A stretch of 61,708 nucleotides of DNA from Candidatus Omnitrophota bacterium (GCA_042570405.1 JBHPGR010000006.1:1-61708), one strand, 5' to 3'; numbered from the stretch's first letter, positions 1-10,102 are shown. Notes: generated by a model from the sequence alone, not told the origin. Made by a program: numbers and translations.

Positions 1-63
1 CGGCCCCTTAAGATTGCCGATGATCACCCTGAGGGGCGCGCCTGGGCGGGGTTTTTCCGGGTT

Positions 64-675
64 ATGCAGCTCCAGGTCAATTTACTTGAAAAGGCCGGGC
101 TATCAAGGCAGACGGCCGAGCAGCTTGTCAATGAAAGGGTCCAGGAGGTGGAGAGAAGCGTCTTACCGAGGAATCATATGCAGGCAGTAGATGCTGCAAG
201 GCTATTAGATATTCCCCTGATCTGCGTGCATACACCGGCTGATAACCACGCGGCAGATTTTATCCAGGGATTGCTAAATAAAAAGAAGCCGAAGAGGCTT
301 GCCGGTATCGTAGATATCCTGGAGCAGGTGCCCGAGTATAAAGAGGCTAAGAAAGACCTCTTCGGCCCAAGGGTGATCATCGGCAATCTTAAGGGGCCGG
401 TAGGTAAGGTTTTTGTCGAGATGACAGGGGGTACTGAAGGGCCGAAGAAAGCAATAAAGAAACTTAAGGCCTGCGGGGTGCGTACGCTGGTAAGCATGCA
501 TCTGAGCGAACCGCACTTTAAGGAAGTAAAGGATGCAGGGCTTAACGTAGTGATCGCCGGACACATCTCTTCGGATACGCTGGGGATGAACTTATTGTTG
601 GATCGGATCGAGAAACGCAGCAGGGAGAAGCTTCAGGTGATCAACTGTTCGGGTTTCCGCAGGATAAAAAGGTAA
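64..675 (+). CDS. NIF3/NGG1-interacting-factor-like metal-binding protein, 5'-truncated (true start lies at or beyond the window edge)
   Basis: HTPADN, SMH and AGHISSD motifs typical of NIF3-like proteins; immediately upstream of dnaG; first 30 nt of the window look chimeric. Confidence 0.7.
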   Translation: MQLQVNLLEKAGLSRQTAEQLVNERVQEVERSVLPRNHMQAVDAARLLDIPLICVHTPADNHAADFIQGLLNKKKPKRLAGIVDILEQVPEYKEAKKDLFGPRVIIGNLKGPVGKVFVEMTGGTEGPKKAIKKLKACGVRTLVSMHLSEPHFKEVKDAGLNVVIAGHISSDTLGMNLLLDRIEKRSREKLQVINCSGFRRIKR

Positions 676-678
676 GGG

Positions 679-2433
679 ATGAGCATAGGGCGCATACCGG
701 AAAATATATTGGAGGATATCTTAGGAAGGGTCAATATAGTCGAGGTGATCGCCGGATATATTCCATTGAAGCGCGCAGGAAGAAATTTCAAGGCGCTCTG
801 CCCCTTTCATCACGAGAAGACCGCATCTTTCATGGTCTCTGCCGACCGCCAGATCTACCATTGTTTTGGCTGTGCAAAAGGAGGAAACGCATTCCATTTT
901 CTGATGGAGTACGAGCGGATGGAGTTCCCCGAAGCAGTCCAGTTCCTGGCTAAGAAGTGCGGGGTAGCTTTGCCTGAGAGGCAGGACGCAAAGACTGTCA
1001 GCACGACAGAGAAACTTTACAAGATAAACGAGATCGCAGCGAATTTCTTCCAGCAGGCCTTAAATTCCCAGAGCGGCGCAAGGGCCAAGGATTATCTGAT
1101 AAAGCGCGGGCTTTCACCGGAGACGATCAAAAGCTTTAAATTAGGTTTTGCCTATGACCACTGGGATGCCCTGATGAACAGCCTGAGGCAGAAGGGGGTC
1201 AATCTTTCCCTGATCGAGAAGTCAGGATTGATCCTTTCTAAACAGGGCGGCGGATATTACGATAGGTTCCGCAAGCGGATCACCTTTCCGATATTTGACA
1301 TAAGATCGCGCGTGCTTGCCTTCGGCGGCAGGGTGCTTGATCAGACATTGCCGAAATACGTAAATTCTCCCGAGACCCCGATATACATCAAGGGCAGGAA
1401 TCTTTACGGATTAACCTTTGCTAAAGAGGCGATCCGCCTTAAGGATCAGGTGGTGATCGTCGAGGGGTATCTGGACCTGATCATGCCATTCCAGCAGGGA
1501 CTAAAGAATATAGTAGCCTCCCTCGGCACTGCCTTGACTACCGATCAGGTAAGGCTCTTGAAGAGATACACCTCCAACGCGGTGATGGTCTATGATGCCG
1601 ATAGCGCAGGGGAGATCGCTACAATGCGGACTCTGGATATATTGATCGAAGAGGGGATGGATGTGCGCGTGGTCTCTCTTCCTAAAGGGTATGACCCGGA
1701 TTCTTTTGTGCGCAGGCAGGGAATAGAAAAGTTTACTCAAATGATAGAGAACGCAGAGAATCTCTTTGATTATAAGCTAAAGGTGCTAAAGGTGCGCTTT
1801 GACGCAACGAGCATTGAGGGTAAGGCTAAGATCTCCTCGGAGATGCTTTCGAGTATCAAGAAGTTTAAAAACGAGATCTTGAAGTCCGAGTATATTAAAA
1901 AGCTGTCTTCAGCCTTAGATATTAATGAGGGGGCGCTTCTCTCGGAGCTCAAAAAAACAAGTTCTGAAAAGCGTTATGCCCGGGAGTTTCAGCCTGCCGT
2001 CAGTAAGGCCAAGCCGATGAATCCTACTGAGAAGCTGCTGATAAAACTGGTTTTAGAGGAGAATACTCTGATAGATCATATCAAGGAGAGCCTTGACTTG
2101 GGCGATTTCCGCGACGAGCGTGCCGCGAGGATCGTGGCAGTGATGTTTGATCTGGTCAGCCAGGGTAAAAATATTGACCCAAGGTCGCTGACCAGCCATT
2201 TAGACGAAGACGGGATCCAAAACGTGATCAGTGAAACGACTTTTCTTGCCCCAATACCGGAGCAGGACCGTGAGAGGGTGGTAGAAGATTGCATACAGAG
2301 GATGAAGTCAGAAAAAGAGAAGACGGTCAGGCACAACTTGCATCAGCAGATAAAAGTCGCTCAAGGTCAAGGTGACGATGATAAATTAAATAGATTGATG
2401 GAGAAGTTTCATCAATTAATTAAAAAAGGATAG
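679..2433 (+). CDS. dnaG: DNA primase
   Basis: CHC2 zinc finger [35 protein letters not shown] and YDADSAG. Confidence 0.98.
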   Translation: MSIGRIPENILEDILGRVNIVEVIAGYIPLKRAGRNFKALCPFHHEKTASFMVSADRQIYHCFGCAKGGNAFHFLMEYERMEFPEAVQFLAKKCGVALPERQDAKTVSTTEKLYKINEIAANFFQQALNSQSGARAKDYLIKRGLSPETIKSFKLGFAYDHWDALMNSLRQKGVNLSLIEKSGLILSKQGGGYYDRFRKRITFPIFDIRSRVLAFGGRVLDQTLPKYVNSPETPIYIKGRNLYGLTFAKEAIRLKDQVVIVEGYLDLIMPFQQGLKNIVASLGTALTTDQVRLLKRYTSNAVMVYDADSAGEIATMRTLDILIEEGMDVRVVSLPKGYDPDSFVRRQGIEKFTQMIENAENLFDYKLKVLKVRFDATSIEGKAKISSEMLSSIKKFKNEILKSEYIKKLSSALDINEGALLSELKKTSSEKRYAREFQPAVSKAKPMNPTEKLLIKLVLEENTLIDHIKESLDLGDFRDERAARIVAVMFDLVSQGKNIDPRSLTSHLDEDGIQNVISETTFLAPIPEQDRERVVEDCIQRMKSEKEKTVRHNLHQQIKVAQGQGDDDKLNRLMEKFHQLIKKG

Positions 2434-2437
2434 CCGG

Positions 2438-3988
2438 ATGAAAAAAGAAAGAAAAAAAAGAAAGTGCACCAAGAAGGAAGTCGCCGCGATCATCGTCAAG
2501 GGTAAAAAGAAGGGGTATCTTACTTTTGACGACGTAAACGACATGCTCCCTGATAATATTTCAACTTCTGAGGATATTGACCGTGTCTTTGAGATCCTTG
2601 GAAGCGAAGGGATAAAGGTGCTTGAGAATCAAAGCGAAAAGGATTTTAAGAGTACGGGTGCGCAAACCCAGAAGGCCGAAGCGCTTAGCCAGCAGTCGCG
2701 CGTTGAGGAGAAATTCCTGCCGCTTGATGATCCGGTTAAGATGTATCTTAAGCAGATGGGTTCGATTTCACTGCTTTCAAGAGAGAACGAGCTGAAGCTG
2801 GCAAAGAAGATCGAGGAGGCAGAGAACAATTTTAAGCGTGAAACGCTTAAGACCAGATTCATCCGTAACCTGATCCTCGAAGTAGCGGATAAGGTTCTGG
2901 AGGAGAGGTTGAATTTTGAAGAGGTCCTCAAGGAGGATGTCAAGATCAGCAGGACAGGGATCTTGCGCAAAGTCAAAAGGCTGATCGACAGGGCAAGGAA
3001 GACGCGGAGCGTAAGAAAAAGTATCGAGTCCTTGATGGGATTTACGGCTGTAACTTCGGTGTTTGAGGAGGCATCACGCGCTCTTAGCGCCCTGATCAGG
3101 GAGTTTGGTTCCCTGAAGAGGCGTCAGAGCCGTACTAAGGCTAGCCGTCTGCGCAGACAAATGATCCTCTCGCAGATCGGAGAGCCATACTTGCAGACCA
3201 GGCAGCAGATGAAGATGATCAGGCTTACCCATATGAAGTTTAACCGCGCAAAGAAGCAATTGGTCGAGGCAAACCTTAGGCTGGTAGTGAGTATTGCAAA
3301 GAAATACACCAACAGGGGGCTGTCGTTTCTGGACCTGATACAGGAGGGGAATATCGGCCTGATGCGCGCAGTGGAGAAGTTTGAATACAGGAGGGGATAC
3401 AAGTTTTCTACCTATGCGACCTGGTGGATAAGGCAGGCGATCACACGCGCCATAGCTGACCAGGCGCGTACGATCAGGATCCCGGTACACATGACCGAAA
3501 CGATCAATAAGATCATCCGATTTTCGCGCGTCTTTGTCCAGAAGCACGGAAGAGAACCGACGCATGAAGAGATCTCTCATAAGATGAGCCTCCCGCAGAA
3601 TAAGATCAAGGCGATCCTGAAGGTGGCACAGGAGCCGATCTCTCTGCAGACACCGATCGGTGACGAAGGGGATACTCATTTCGGTGATTTTATCCAGGAT
3701 AAAAAGGCAGTTTCCCCGGCTAACGCAACCGTACACACGATGCTCAAGGAAGAGATGGGGGCTGCTTTGAACACCCTTACCGAACGTGAAAAGAAGATCC
3801 TTCTCTTAAGGTTCGGCGTGAATGACGGCTCCTCGCGTACATTGGAGGAAGTGGGCAATATATTTAAGGTGACCCGGGAGAGGGTGCGTCAGATCGAGGC
3901 AAAGGCCCTGAAGAAACTTAAGCATCCTACGCGCTCCAGAAGGCTGCGCGCATTTCTGGATATGACACTCGTCCACCAAAGGGATTAA
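2438..3988 (+). CDS. rpoD: Primary sigma factor (sigma-70)
   Basis: DDPVKMYL region 1.2, [46 protein letters not shown]; follows dnaG. Confidence 0.97.
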   Translation: MKKERKKRKCTKKEVAAIIVKGKKKGYLTFDDVNDMLPDNISTSEDIDRVFEILGSEGIKVLENQSEKDFKSTGAQTQKAEALSQQSRVEEKFLPLDDPVKMYLKQMGSISLLSRENELKLAKKIEEAENNFKRETLKTRFIRNLILEVADKVLEERLNFEEVLKEDVKISRTGILRKVKRLIDRARKTRSVRKSIESLMGFTAVTSVFEEASRALSALIREFGSLKRRQSRTKASRLRRQMILSQIGEPYLQTRQQMKMIRLTHMKFNRAKKQLVEANLRLVVSIAKKYTNRGLSFLDLIQEGNIGLMRAVEKFEYRRGYKFSTYATWWIRQAITRAIADQARTIRIPVHMTETINKIIRFSRVFVQKHGREPTHEEISHKMSLPQNKIKAILKVAQEPISLQTPIGDEGDTHFGDFIQDKKAVSPANATVHTMLKEEMGAALNTLTEREKKILLLRFGVNDGSSRTLEEVGNIFKVTRERVRQIEAKALKKLKHPTRSRRLRAFLDMTLVHQRD

Positions 3989-3998
3989 CCCGCCAAAA

Positions 3999-4037
3999 TT
4001 TAAGGGGCATTCTACTTTTCGTAAAATGCCCCTTAAA
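3999..4037. terminator. Probable bidirectional intrinsic terminator between rpoD and the convergent gene
   Basis: Inverted repeat TTTAAGGGGCATT...AATGCCCCTTAAA between two converging stop codons. Confidence 0.7.
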
Positions 4038-4052
4038 AGACCACATTAAGGT

Positions 4053-4388
4053 TTATTCTTCAGCTTTTGCGTCGAAAACGTAATCTGGCTTAAAGAGCGG
4101 CTCGTAGCCTGCTGGCGCTGCTGCCGGGAAGGTTACAATATCCCAAACTCCTGAGAGGATACGCATGGCAGCACAGCCAGTACCTTTGACGAGGCCGGCA
4201 AAGATCCCTATCGCAGCATTATTGCTTGCTGTCCACTCTTCATCAATGGTCTGCGGGATCTCGAAGATTGCCGTATAAATATTACCGATACCGCGGGCGA
4301 GCTTGTCAGCCGGGCCCTTTGCATAAGCCATTGAGGATATGCTTAAAATTAATACAACTACCAGTATCAAACCTAAGGTCTTTTTCAT
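4053..4388 (-). CDS. Secreted protein resembling the exosortase-system-associated TIGR04073 family
   Basis: Start moved to MKKTLG (AGGAGG upstream); signal peptide ending AYA; DKLARGIGN..EIP and G.WDIVTFP motifs. Confidence 0.65.
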   Translation of the reverse strand: MKKTLGLILVVVLILSISSMAYAKGPADKLARGIGNIYTAIFEIPQTIDEEWTASNNAAIGIFAGLVKGTGCAAMRILSGVWDIVTFPAAAPAGYEPLFKPDYVFDAKAEE

Positions 4389-4471
4389 CCTTCGCCTCCT
4401 TTGTATACAGGTTAGCATAGGTTATTTTTTTGTCAATAGAATTAATTTATACGCAGAAGGTAATTTTTGTC

Positions 4472-4500
4472 TTGCCAAAAGCCGGCAATAATTGTATTAT
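4472..4500 (+). promoter_or_regulatory. Candidate sigma-70 promoter upstream of the repeat array and tRNAs
   Basis: TTGCCA-17 nt-TATTAT. Confidence 0.45.
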
Positions 4501-4533
4501 ATAGTATTAAGTTTCAGCAGGTTAAGCAATTTC

Positions 4534-4833
4534 GGGCCCTCCCTCGTTGCTGATTCAAATTAGAGTGCAACTCGGGATGGGCTAATGAACTAATAGAGGG
4601 CCCATGGTTCGACTCCGCTCACCATTGGGCTCTGGAAGTTATAGCGGGCCCATAGCTCATACATTAAATTGATAGCGCAGTATGGCTATGGTCCAGCAAC
4701 TAATAGCGGGCCCATAGCTCATACATTAAATTAATAGCGAAGTATGGCTATGGGCTTAGGAAGCAATAGCGGGCCCATAGCTCATACATTAAATTAATAG
4801 CGAAGTATGGCTATGGGCTTAGGAAGTAATAGC
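4534..4833 (+). repeat. Tandem array of five tRNA-Ile-derived hairpin units
   Basis: GGGCCC starts at 4534, 4598, 4646, 4708, 4771 and at the tRNA (4834); last three units carry GGGCCCATAGCTCA, identical to the first 14 nt of the tRNA; each unit is self-complementary. Confidence 0.92.
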
Positions 4834-4905
4834 GGGCCCATAGCTCAGCGGTAGAGCAGGTGACTCATAATCACTTGGTCGGAGGTTCGATCCCCCCTGG
4901 GCCCA
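4834..4905 (+). tRNA. tRNA with CAT anticodon, probably tRNA-Ile2 (lysidine)
   Basis: GGGCCCA/TGGGCCC acceptor, GGTGA-CT-CAT-AA-TCACT anticodon arm, GTTCGAT T loop, no encoded CCA; acceptor sequence is Ile2-like rather than Met-like. Confidence 0.85.
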
Positions 4906-4937
4906 GTTGATAAATTCGTTGAAGGCCAAGGGGTTTA

Positions 4938-5014
4938 GGGCGATTGGCTCAGTTGGTTAGAGCGCCACACTCACATTGTGGAGATCGGAGGTTCGAATCC
5001 TCTATCGCCCACCA
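4938..5014 (+). tRNA. tRNA-Val(CAC)
   Basis: GGGCGAT/ATCGCCC acceptor, CCACA-CT-CAC-AT-TGTGG, GTTCGAAT, ends ACCA. Confidence 0.95.
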
Positions 5015-5027
5015 TTAAAGAAAAAGG

Positions 5028-5756
5028 ATGTCAAATACAGACCTTAAGTCACAGATAAAGAACCTCGTGCAGTTGCAGAAGGTTGATTCTCAGATCCACG
5101 ACCTGAAATACAAAAAGAGCCAGTTTCCCCAGGAGATTGAGGCGATTACCGCTTCCTTTGAGGCAAAGAAGCAGAGTCTGGCCGAGCTTGAGAAGGCGAC
5201 CCTTGACCTGGAGGTCAAGAAGAAGGAGGGGGAGGTGGACCTGGCATCAAAGGAGGAGCAGGCAAAGAAATTTCAGGGGCAACTTTATTCGCTGAAGACC
5301 AACGAAGAGTATAAGACGATGATGCAGCAGATCGAAGGGATTCATGCCGATGCCTCTGTCGTGGAAGATAAGGTCCTGGAGCTGCTTGAAAAAATCGAAG
5401 AATCAAAAAAGGCTATCGTTAAGGAAAGAGAGAGGCTCAAAGAGGAGGAAAAGTTATCTGGCCAAGAGAAGGCTAAGATCGAGGTGCGGATAAAGGAGAT
5501 CGACGGTCAACTGGCGCAACTGGATGCACAGAGAAAACAGCTCTCTCCGGGAGTAGATGCCAAGATCCTTAAACAGTACGAGAGGATCCTTGCAAACCGG
5601 GACGCGCTGGCGATAGTCGATATAAAGGATAACGCTTGTCATGGGTGTAATATGTCCGTGCCGCCGCAGGTGGTAAACTTGATCAGGATGTATGAACGTA
5701 TTGTGACCTGCGAGGTATGCAATAGGATATTATATATAAAGGATGAAGAAGCTTAA
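5028..5756 (+). CDS. Coiled-coil protein with C4 zinc ribbon (DUF164/CT398 family)
   Basis: Long coiled coil followed by CHGC..CEVC; usual neighbour of RNase H. Confidence 0.88.
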   Translation: MSNTDLKSQIKNLVQLQKVDSQIHDLKYKKSQFPQEIEAITASFEAKKQSLAELEKATLDLEVKKKEGEVDLASKEEQAKKFQGQLYSLKTNEEYKTMMQQIEGIHADASVVEDKVLELLEKIEESKKAIVKERERLKEEEKLSGQEKAKIEVRIKEIDGQLAQLDAQRKQLSPGVDAKILKQYERILANRDALAIVDIKDNACHGCNMSVPPQVVNLIRMYERIVTCEVCNRILYIKDEEA

Positions 5757-6141
5757 TATCTACATTGACGGAGCGTCTAAGGGTAACCCCGGTCCGGCAG
5801 GGATCGGGGTGGTGATCTCTTGCGACGGTGAAGTTTTAAAGAACATATCCGTTAATATCGGGATTGCTACGAATAATTTTGCAGAATATACAGCTTTGAT
5901 CTATGCCCTTCAAGAAGCGCTGATCATGAAGGCGGAGGAATTATATATAAAATCCGACAGCTTGCTGCTTTGCAAGCAGATAAACAGAGAATATAAGGTT
6001 AAAAACGTAAATATCATCAGGCTTTATAAGCAGGCGCAGCATTTGATCACGGCCTTTAAGCAGGTAAAGGTCAGCCATATCCGGCGCGAGTTTAACAGCG
6101 GCGCTGATAAACTGGCAAACCAGGCCGTGAAGAAGGCTTGA
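5743..6141 (+). CDS. rnhA: Ribonuclease HI family protein
   Basis: DGASKGNPGPAG, TNNFAEY, DS, N..ADKLAN. Confidence 0.9.
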   Translation: MKKLNIYIDGASKGNPGPAGIGVVISCDGEVLKNISVNIGIATNNFAEYTALIYALQEALIMKAEELYIKSDSLLLCKQINREYKVKNVNIIRLYKQAQHLITAFKQVKVSHIRREFNSGADKLANQAVKKA

Positions 6142-6144
6142 AAT

Positions 6145-6584
6145 TCAGGAGGCAGGCGGAGAGTGGCCGCTCCCCCGCCAATTGGTGAGGGAGAGGAAAG
6201 TCCGGGCTCCACAGGATAAGCGCGCTCTGTAACACAGAGCCTCGCCGCAATTCGTGGCGGGAGGGAAAGTGCCGCAGAGAATAGACTGCCGATAGTCCGC
6301 TACTGCGGACATGGCGATGGTGAAAAGGTAGTGTAAGAGACTACCGTTGGCTGCAGCGATGCGGCTTGCACGGAAAACCCCGCGCGGAGAAAGGCGAAAT
6401 AGTCCCGTCAATCCCATATTTAATGGGAATAAAAGTGGTCCGCTTGAAATCCGGCATTCGCCGGATTGACGGGAGGGTAAGCTGCTTGAGTCCCGGCGGC
6501 AACGTCGGGATCGAGAGAAATGGTCACTGCGGTTGCGGTTAATCGCACCAAGACAGAACCCGGCTTATTCCGCCTGCTTTCTGA
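6145..6584 (+). ncRNA. rnpB: RNase P RNA (bacterial type A)
   Basis: GAGGAAAGTCCGGGCTCC, GAAAGTGCC.CAGA, GGTGAAA, ACAGAACCCGGCTTA; P1 pairing TCAGGAGGCAGGCGGA/TCCGCCTGCTTTCTGA. Confidence 0.96.
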
Positions 6585-6633
6585 TAATAAATATTCAACT
6601 AGCAAAGGTGCTTAATAAGAAAAAGGAGGGGTA

Positions 6634-7389
6634 ATGTCAGGCCATTCAAAATGGAAGACGAATAAATCGAGGAAGAATGCGGCCGATGCCAAGAGGGGGG
6701 CGGCCTTTACTAAGATCATCAAGGAGATAGTGGTCGCCGCACGCGAGGGGGGCGGTAATCCTGAAGTCAACCCCAGGCTGCGCACAGTGATCTCCCGGGC
6801 AAGGGAATTGAATATGCCCAATGATAACGTAAAGACAGCGATCATGCGCGGCACAGGAGAGTTGCCCGGCATTACTTATGAGAGCGTCTCCTACGAGGCC
6901 TACGGACCTGCGGGAGTAGCTATCCTGATAGAGGCGCTTACCGATAATAAAAACCGTACCACAGCAGAGGTACGTAATATCATGTCTAAGAAGGGTGGAA
7001 ACCTTGCCGGGGGAGGTTCGGTCAATTGGATGTTTACCAAAAAGGGATATATCCTGATCGAGAAGAGCCAGATCGGAGAAGACGAGCTGATGACAATCGC
7101 CTTGGATGCCGGCGCCGAGGATTTTAAGGCGGATCAGAAAAACTACGAAATATTCACTTCAGTGCAGGATTTTGAAAAGGTCAAAAAGGCGATCCAGGAT
7201 AAGGGGATCAAGTGTCAGTTCGCAGAATTGACGATGATCCCGTCATCTGTGGTCAAGGTGAGTGGTAATGACGCCAAATCCCTGTTGGGCCTGATCGATA
7301 GCCTTGAGGATCACGATGACGTACAACAGGTCTATGCTAATTTTGATATCCCTGATGAGGTCCTGGAGAAGATGGGCAGCAGCTCATAG
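6634..7389 (+). CDS. yebC: YebC/PmpR family protein
   Basis: MSGHSKW, YEAYGPAG, TDNKNRT, DHDDVQQVYAN. Confidence 0.95.
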   Translation: MSGHSKWKTNKSRKNAADAKRGAAFTKIIKEIVVAAREGGGNPEVNPRLRTVISRARELNMPNDNVKTAIMRGTGELPGITYESVSYEAYGPAGVAILIEALTDNKNRTTAEVRNIMSKKGGNLAGGGSVNWMFTKKGYILIEKSQIGEDELMTIALDAGAEDFKADQKNYEIFTSVQDFEKVKKAIQDKGIKCQFAELTMIPSSVVKVSGNDAKSLLGLIDSLEDHDDVQQVYANFDIPDEVLEKMGSSS

Positions 7390-7392
7390 AAG

Positions 7393-7878
7393 ATGAAGAT
7401 ACTGGGTGTTGATCCTGCCATTGCGATTACAGGTTACGGACTGATCAGCGCGCAGAAAAAAAAGATCTCTTTGATAGAGGCGGGCATAATCAAGACATCT
7501 GCAAGCTATGGCCTTGCCTGCAGGATGGAACGTATTTACACCGGGATCCGCAGATTGATCATCCAGACAAGGCCCGATGTCATTGTGCTTGAAAAGCTGT
7601 ACGCGCATTACCGGCACCCGGCTACTGCATTTCACTTGGGGCATGCGCGGGGAGTGATAGTTTTGGCTTGCGCGCAGGAGAAGGTGGCTTTAATCGAGTA
7701 CGGCGCTACCCGCATCAAGAAGGCTGTCGTTGGCAGGGGCCTTGCTACAAAGTACCAGGTGCAGAGGATGGTCGCCGGGATGATCGGGTTAAAGAGTCTG
7801 CCTAAATATACCGATGTTACGGATGCGCTGGCTTTAGCAATCGCGCATAGCCATATAGTAAGGGCCAAAGAAATATGA
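7393..7878 (+). CDS. ruvC: Holliday junction resolvase
   Basis: ILGVDP..TGYG, GHARGV, IKKAVVG.G.A.K.QV, D..DALALA. Confidence 0.95.
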   Translation: MKILGVDPAIAITGYGLISAQKKKISLIEAGIIKTSASYGLACRMERIYTGIRRLIIQTRPDVIVLEKLYAHYRHPATAFHLGHARGVIVLACAQEKVALIEYGATRIKKAVVGRGLATKYQVQRMVAGMIGLKSLPKYTDVTDALALAIAHSHIVRAKEI

Positions 7879-8504
7879 TCGTAAAGATTTCAGGTAAGGT
7901 CAGGCAAAAAAACGCAAACGCTGTTGTCGTAGAGGTCTCAGGGATCTCTTACGAGGTCCTGCTTCCAACGGCCGTAATGCAGAGACTGCAGGATAAAATT
8001 GCCGGTCAGAGCGATGTCAGCCTGATCACTTATCATTATCTTGCCAGCGAGCCATCGAAGAGCACGCCGGTGCTGATCGGCTTCTTAAGTGAAGTCGAGA
8101 AAGATTTTTTTGAAACATTTATTACGGTATCCGGGATCGGACCGCGCGCAGCCTTAAGGGCATTAAGCCAGCCGATATCACTGATCGCTCATGCGATCGA
8201 TGACGGCAACACGGAATTCTTGAGGTCACTTCCGGGAATAGGCCAGCAGCGGGCAAGGGAGATCGTAGCCAAGCTTCAGAATAAAGTAGGAAGGTTCGGC
8301 TTGATCCGGGATGATAAATTACAGCAGCAGGAGGCCAGGGCCAGCGGTGCCGAGCAGGAGGCGCTGGCGGTTTTACTGCAGCTGCAGTATAAGAAGTCCG
8401 AGGCAGAGGTGATGATCCAGAGAGCGCTAAAAGGAGAAAGGAAAATCGATTCTACGGAAGAGTTACTTAACGAGGTATATAAACAAAAAAAGCATGTCAG
8501 ATAA
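7875..8504 (+). CDS. ruvA: Holliday junction branch-migration protein
   Basis: GISYEV, VSGIGPR and LPGIG HhH motifs, C-terminal ALAVL..L.Y domain. Confidence 0.92.
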   Translation: MIVKISGKVRQKNANAVVVEVSGISYEVLLPTAVMQRLQDKIAGQSDVSLITYHYLASEPSKSTPVLIGFLSEVEKDFFETFITVSGIGPRAALRALSQPISLIAHAIDDGNTEFLRSLPGIGQQRAREIVAKLQNKVGRFGLIRDDKLQQQEARASGAEQEALAVLLQLQYKKSEAEVMIQRALKGERKIDSTEELLNEVYKQKKHVR

Positions 8505-9078
8505 TAACGTTCATCCGGTAATCGAGGCGGTACTTTTTTCCAGCGATAAGCCGGTCACCCTGGAGCAGCTTAAAAATACGCTTGAGTCGATGGCGCCTGA
8601 TGAGATCCGCAGTGCGATCGAACAGTTGATGTTAGAATACGAAAAGACTAACCGGGGGATGCGGATCATTGAGATCGCCGGCGGCTTTCAGATGGTCACA
8701 TCATCCGGAGTTGCACCGTTTTTAAAGAAGTTCTACAAAAAACGCCACGTTGAACGGTTATCAAAACCGGCCCTTGAGACCCTGGCGATCATCGCTTATA
8801 AGCAGCCGTCGACAAAACTTGAGATAGAGGCCTACAGGGGGGTAAACGTCGACGGAGTGATGTATAATCTACTGGATAAGGGGCTGGTGCGTATCTCGGG
8901 TAGAAGGAAAGCGCCAGGTAGGCCTTTTGTATTCTCGACCTCCAGGCAGTTCCTGGAATATTTCGGACTTAAATCATTGGAGGAGCTTCCTAAGATGGAA
9001 GACTTTTCCGCATTGGTCGCAGCAAAGGAGGGGACAGATGAAACTGAAAAATCTGCGCCACCAGATAAACAAGCTTGA
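8494..9078 (+). CDS. scpB: SMC-Scp complex subunit ScpB
   Basis: IEAVLF, LETLAIIAYKQP, RGV, PGRP, FL.YFGL.SLEELP. Confidence 0.95.
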   Translation: MSDNNVHPVIEAVLFSSDKPVTLEQLKNTLESMAPDEIRSAIEQLMLEYEKTNRGMRIIEIAGGFQMVTSSGVAPFLKKFYKKRHVERLSKPALETLAIIAYKQPSTKLEIEAYRGVNVDGVMYNLLDKGLVRISGRRKAPGRPFVFSTSRQFLEYFGLKSLEELPKMEDFSALVAAKEGTDETEKSAPPDKQA

Positions 9079-10099
9079 TAAGAGTATTGTCGGTCTTTTG
9101 AACCAGCGTGCCGGGATCACCCGAAAGATCGGGACTCTTAAGCGAGGCAGCGGAGGAGGCGTCTATTCGCCTGACCGGGAGCAGGATGTATTAAAAAGGA
9201 TCTCTTGCCAGAACCGCGGCCCCTTGACCAGCGATGGCCTGAAGGCGATCTACCGTGAGGTGATGTCATGTTCGCTCTCTGCAGATAAGAATCTCCGGTT
9301 AGCTTACCTAGGCCCCGAGGCGACCTTCACCCACCTGGCAGCGCTAAAGAGGTTTGGTTCACAGGTAGAGTACATGGCTTGCAAGAACATCTCGGATGTC
9401 TTTCTAAAGGTGGCAAGGGATAACGCCGATTACGGAGTCGTCCCGATAGAGAACACGATCGAGGGAGTAGTCAGCCACACGCTGGATATGTTCATCGATT
9501 CTGACCTTAAGATCTGCGCCCAGATTATCCTGGATGTTTCGCACAACCTGATGGCGAACTGTTCAAAAAACAGCATCAAGAGGGTGTATTCCAACCCGCA
9601 TGTCTTCGGGCAGTGCAGGCTCTGGTTGCAGGAGAACCTTCCATGCGCAGAGCTGATAGAGGTCTCAAGTACGACCCGCGCAGCCCAGATCGCCGCTAAA
9701 ACTAAAGCAGCCGCTTGTATCGGGTCTTCTCTGGCTGCCAGAGTCTATAAACTAAAGATCATCGCGCGCGGTATCGAGGATTCTCCGCACAACATAACGC
9801 GCTTCTTAGTAATCGCTAAGATCGATGTCCCGGCAACCGGCGACGACAGGACATCGGTGATGTTCTCGATAAAGGACAGGGTGGGAGCCCTACACGATAT
9901 GCTCTTGCCTTTCAAGAGGAATAAGATCAATCTGACCAAGATCGAATCGAGGCCCTCTAAAAAGAAGGCTTGGGATTATTATTTCTATGTGGATTTTAAG
10001 GGCCACAAGGATAATCCGCGCGTGCGAATAGCGCTGTCGCAGTTGGAGAGTAAATGTAAGTTCTTAAAAGTCCTCGGGTCATACCCGATGGGAGAGTAG
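9038..10099 (+). CDS. pheA: Chorismate mutase/prephenate dehydratase
   Basis: Start moved to MKLKNLR (GGAGG RBS); CM domain, YLGPEATFT, PIENTIEG, TRFLV, INLTKIESRP. Confidence 0.95.
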   Translation: MKLKNLRHQINKLDKSIVGLLNQRAGITRKIGTLKRGSGGGVYSPDREQDVLKRISCQNRGPLTSDGLKAIYREVMSCSLSADKNLRLAYLGPEATFTHLAALKRFGSQVEYMACKNISDVFLKVARDNADYGVVPIENTIEGVVSHTLDMFIDSDLKICAQIILDVSHNLMANCSKNSIKRVYSNPHVFGQCRLWLQENLPCAELIEVSSTTRAAQIAAKTKAAACIGSSLAARVYKLKIIARGIEDSPHNITRFLVIAKIDVPATGDDRTSVMFSIKDRVGALHDMLLPFKRNKINLTKIESRPSKKKAWDYYFYVDFKGHKDNPRVRIALSQLESKCKFLKVLGSYPMGE

Positions 10100-10102
10100 A
10101 GT

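Noticed and set aside
4534-4833. CRISPR array
   Set aside because: Sequences between the repeated parts are near-identical rather than unique spacers, the repeat is tRNA-derived, and no cas genes are present.
6024-6605. Minus-strand ORFs 6024-6212, 6145-6417 and 6420-6605
   Set aside because: They overlap the RNase P RNA gene and show no protein motifs.
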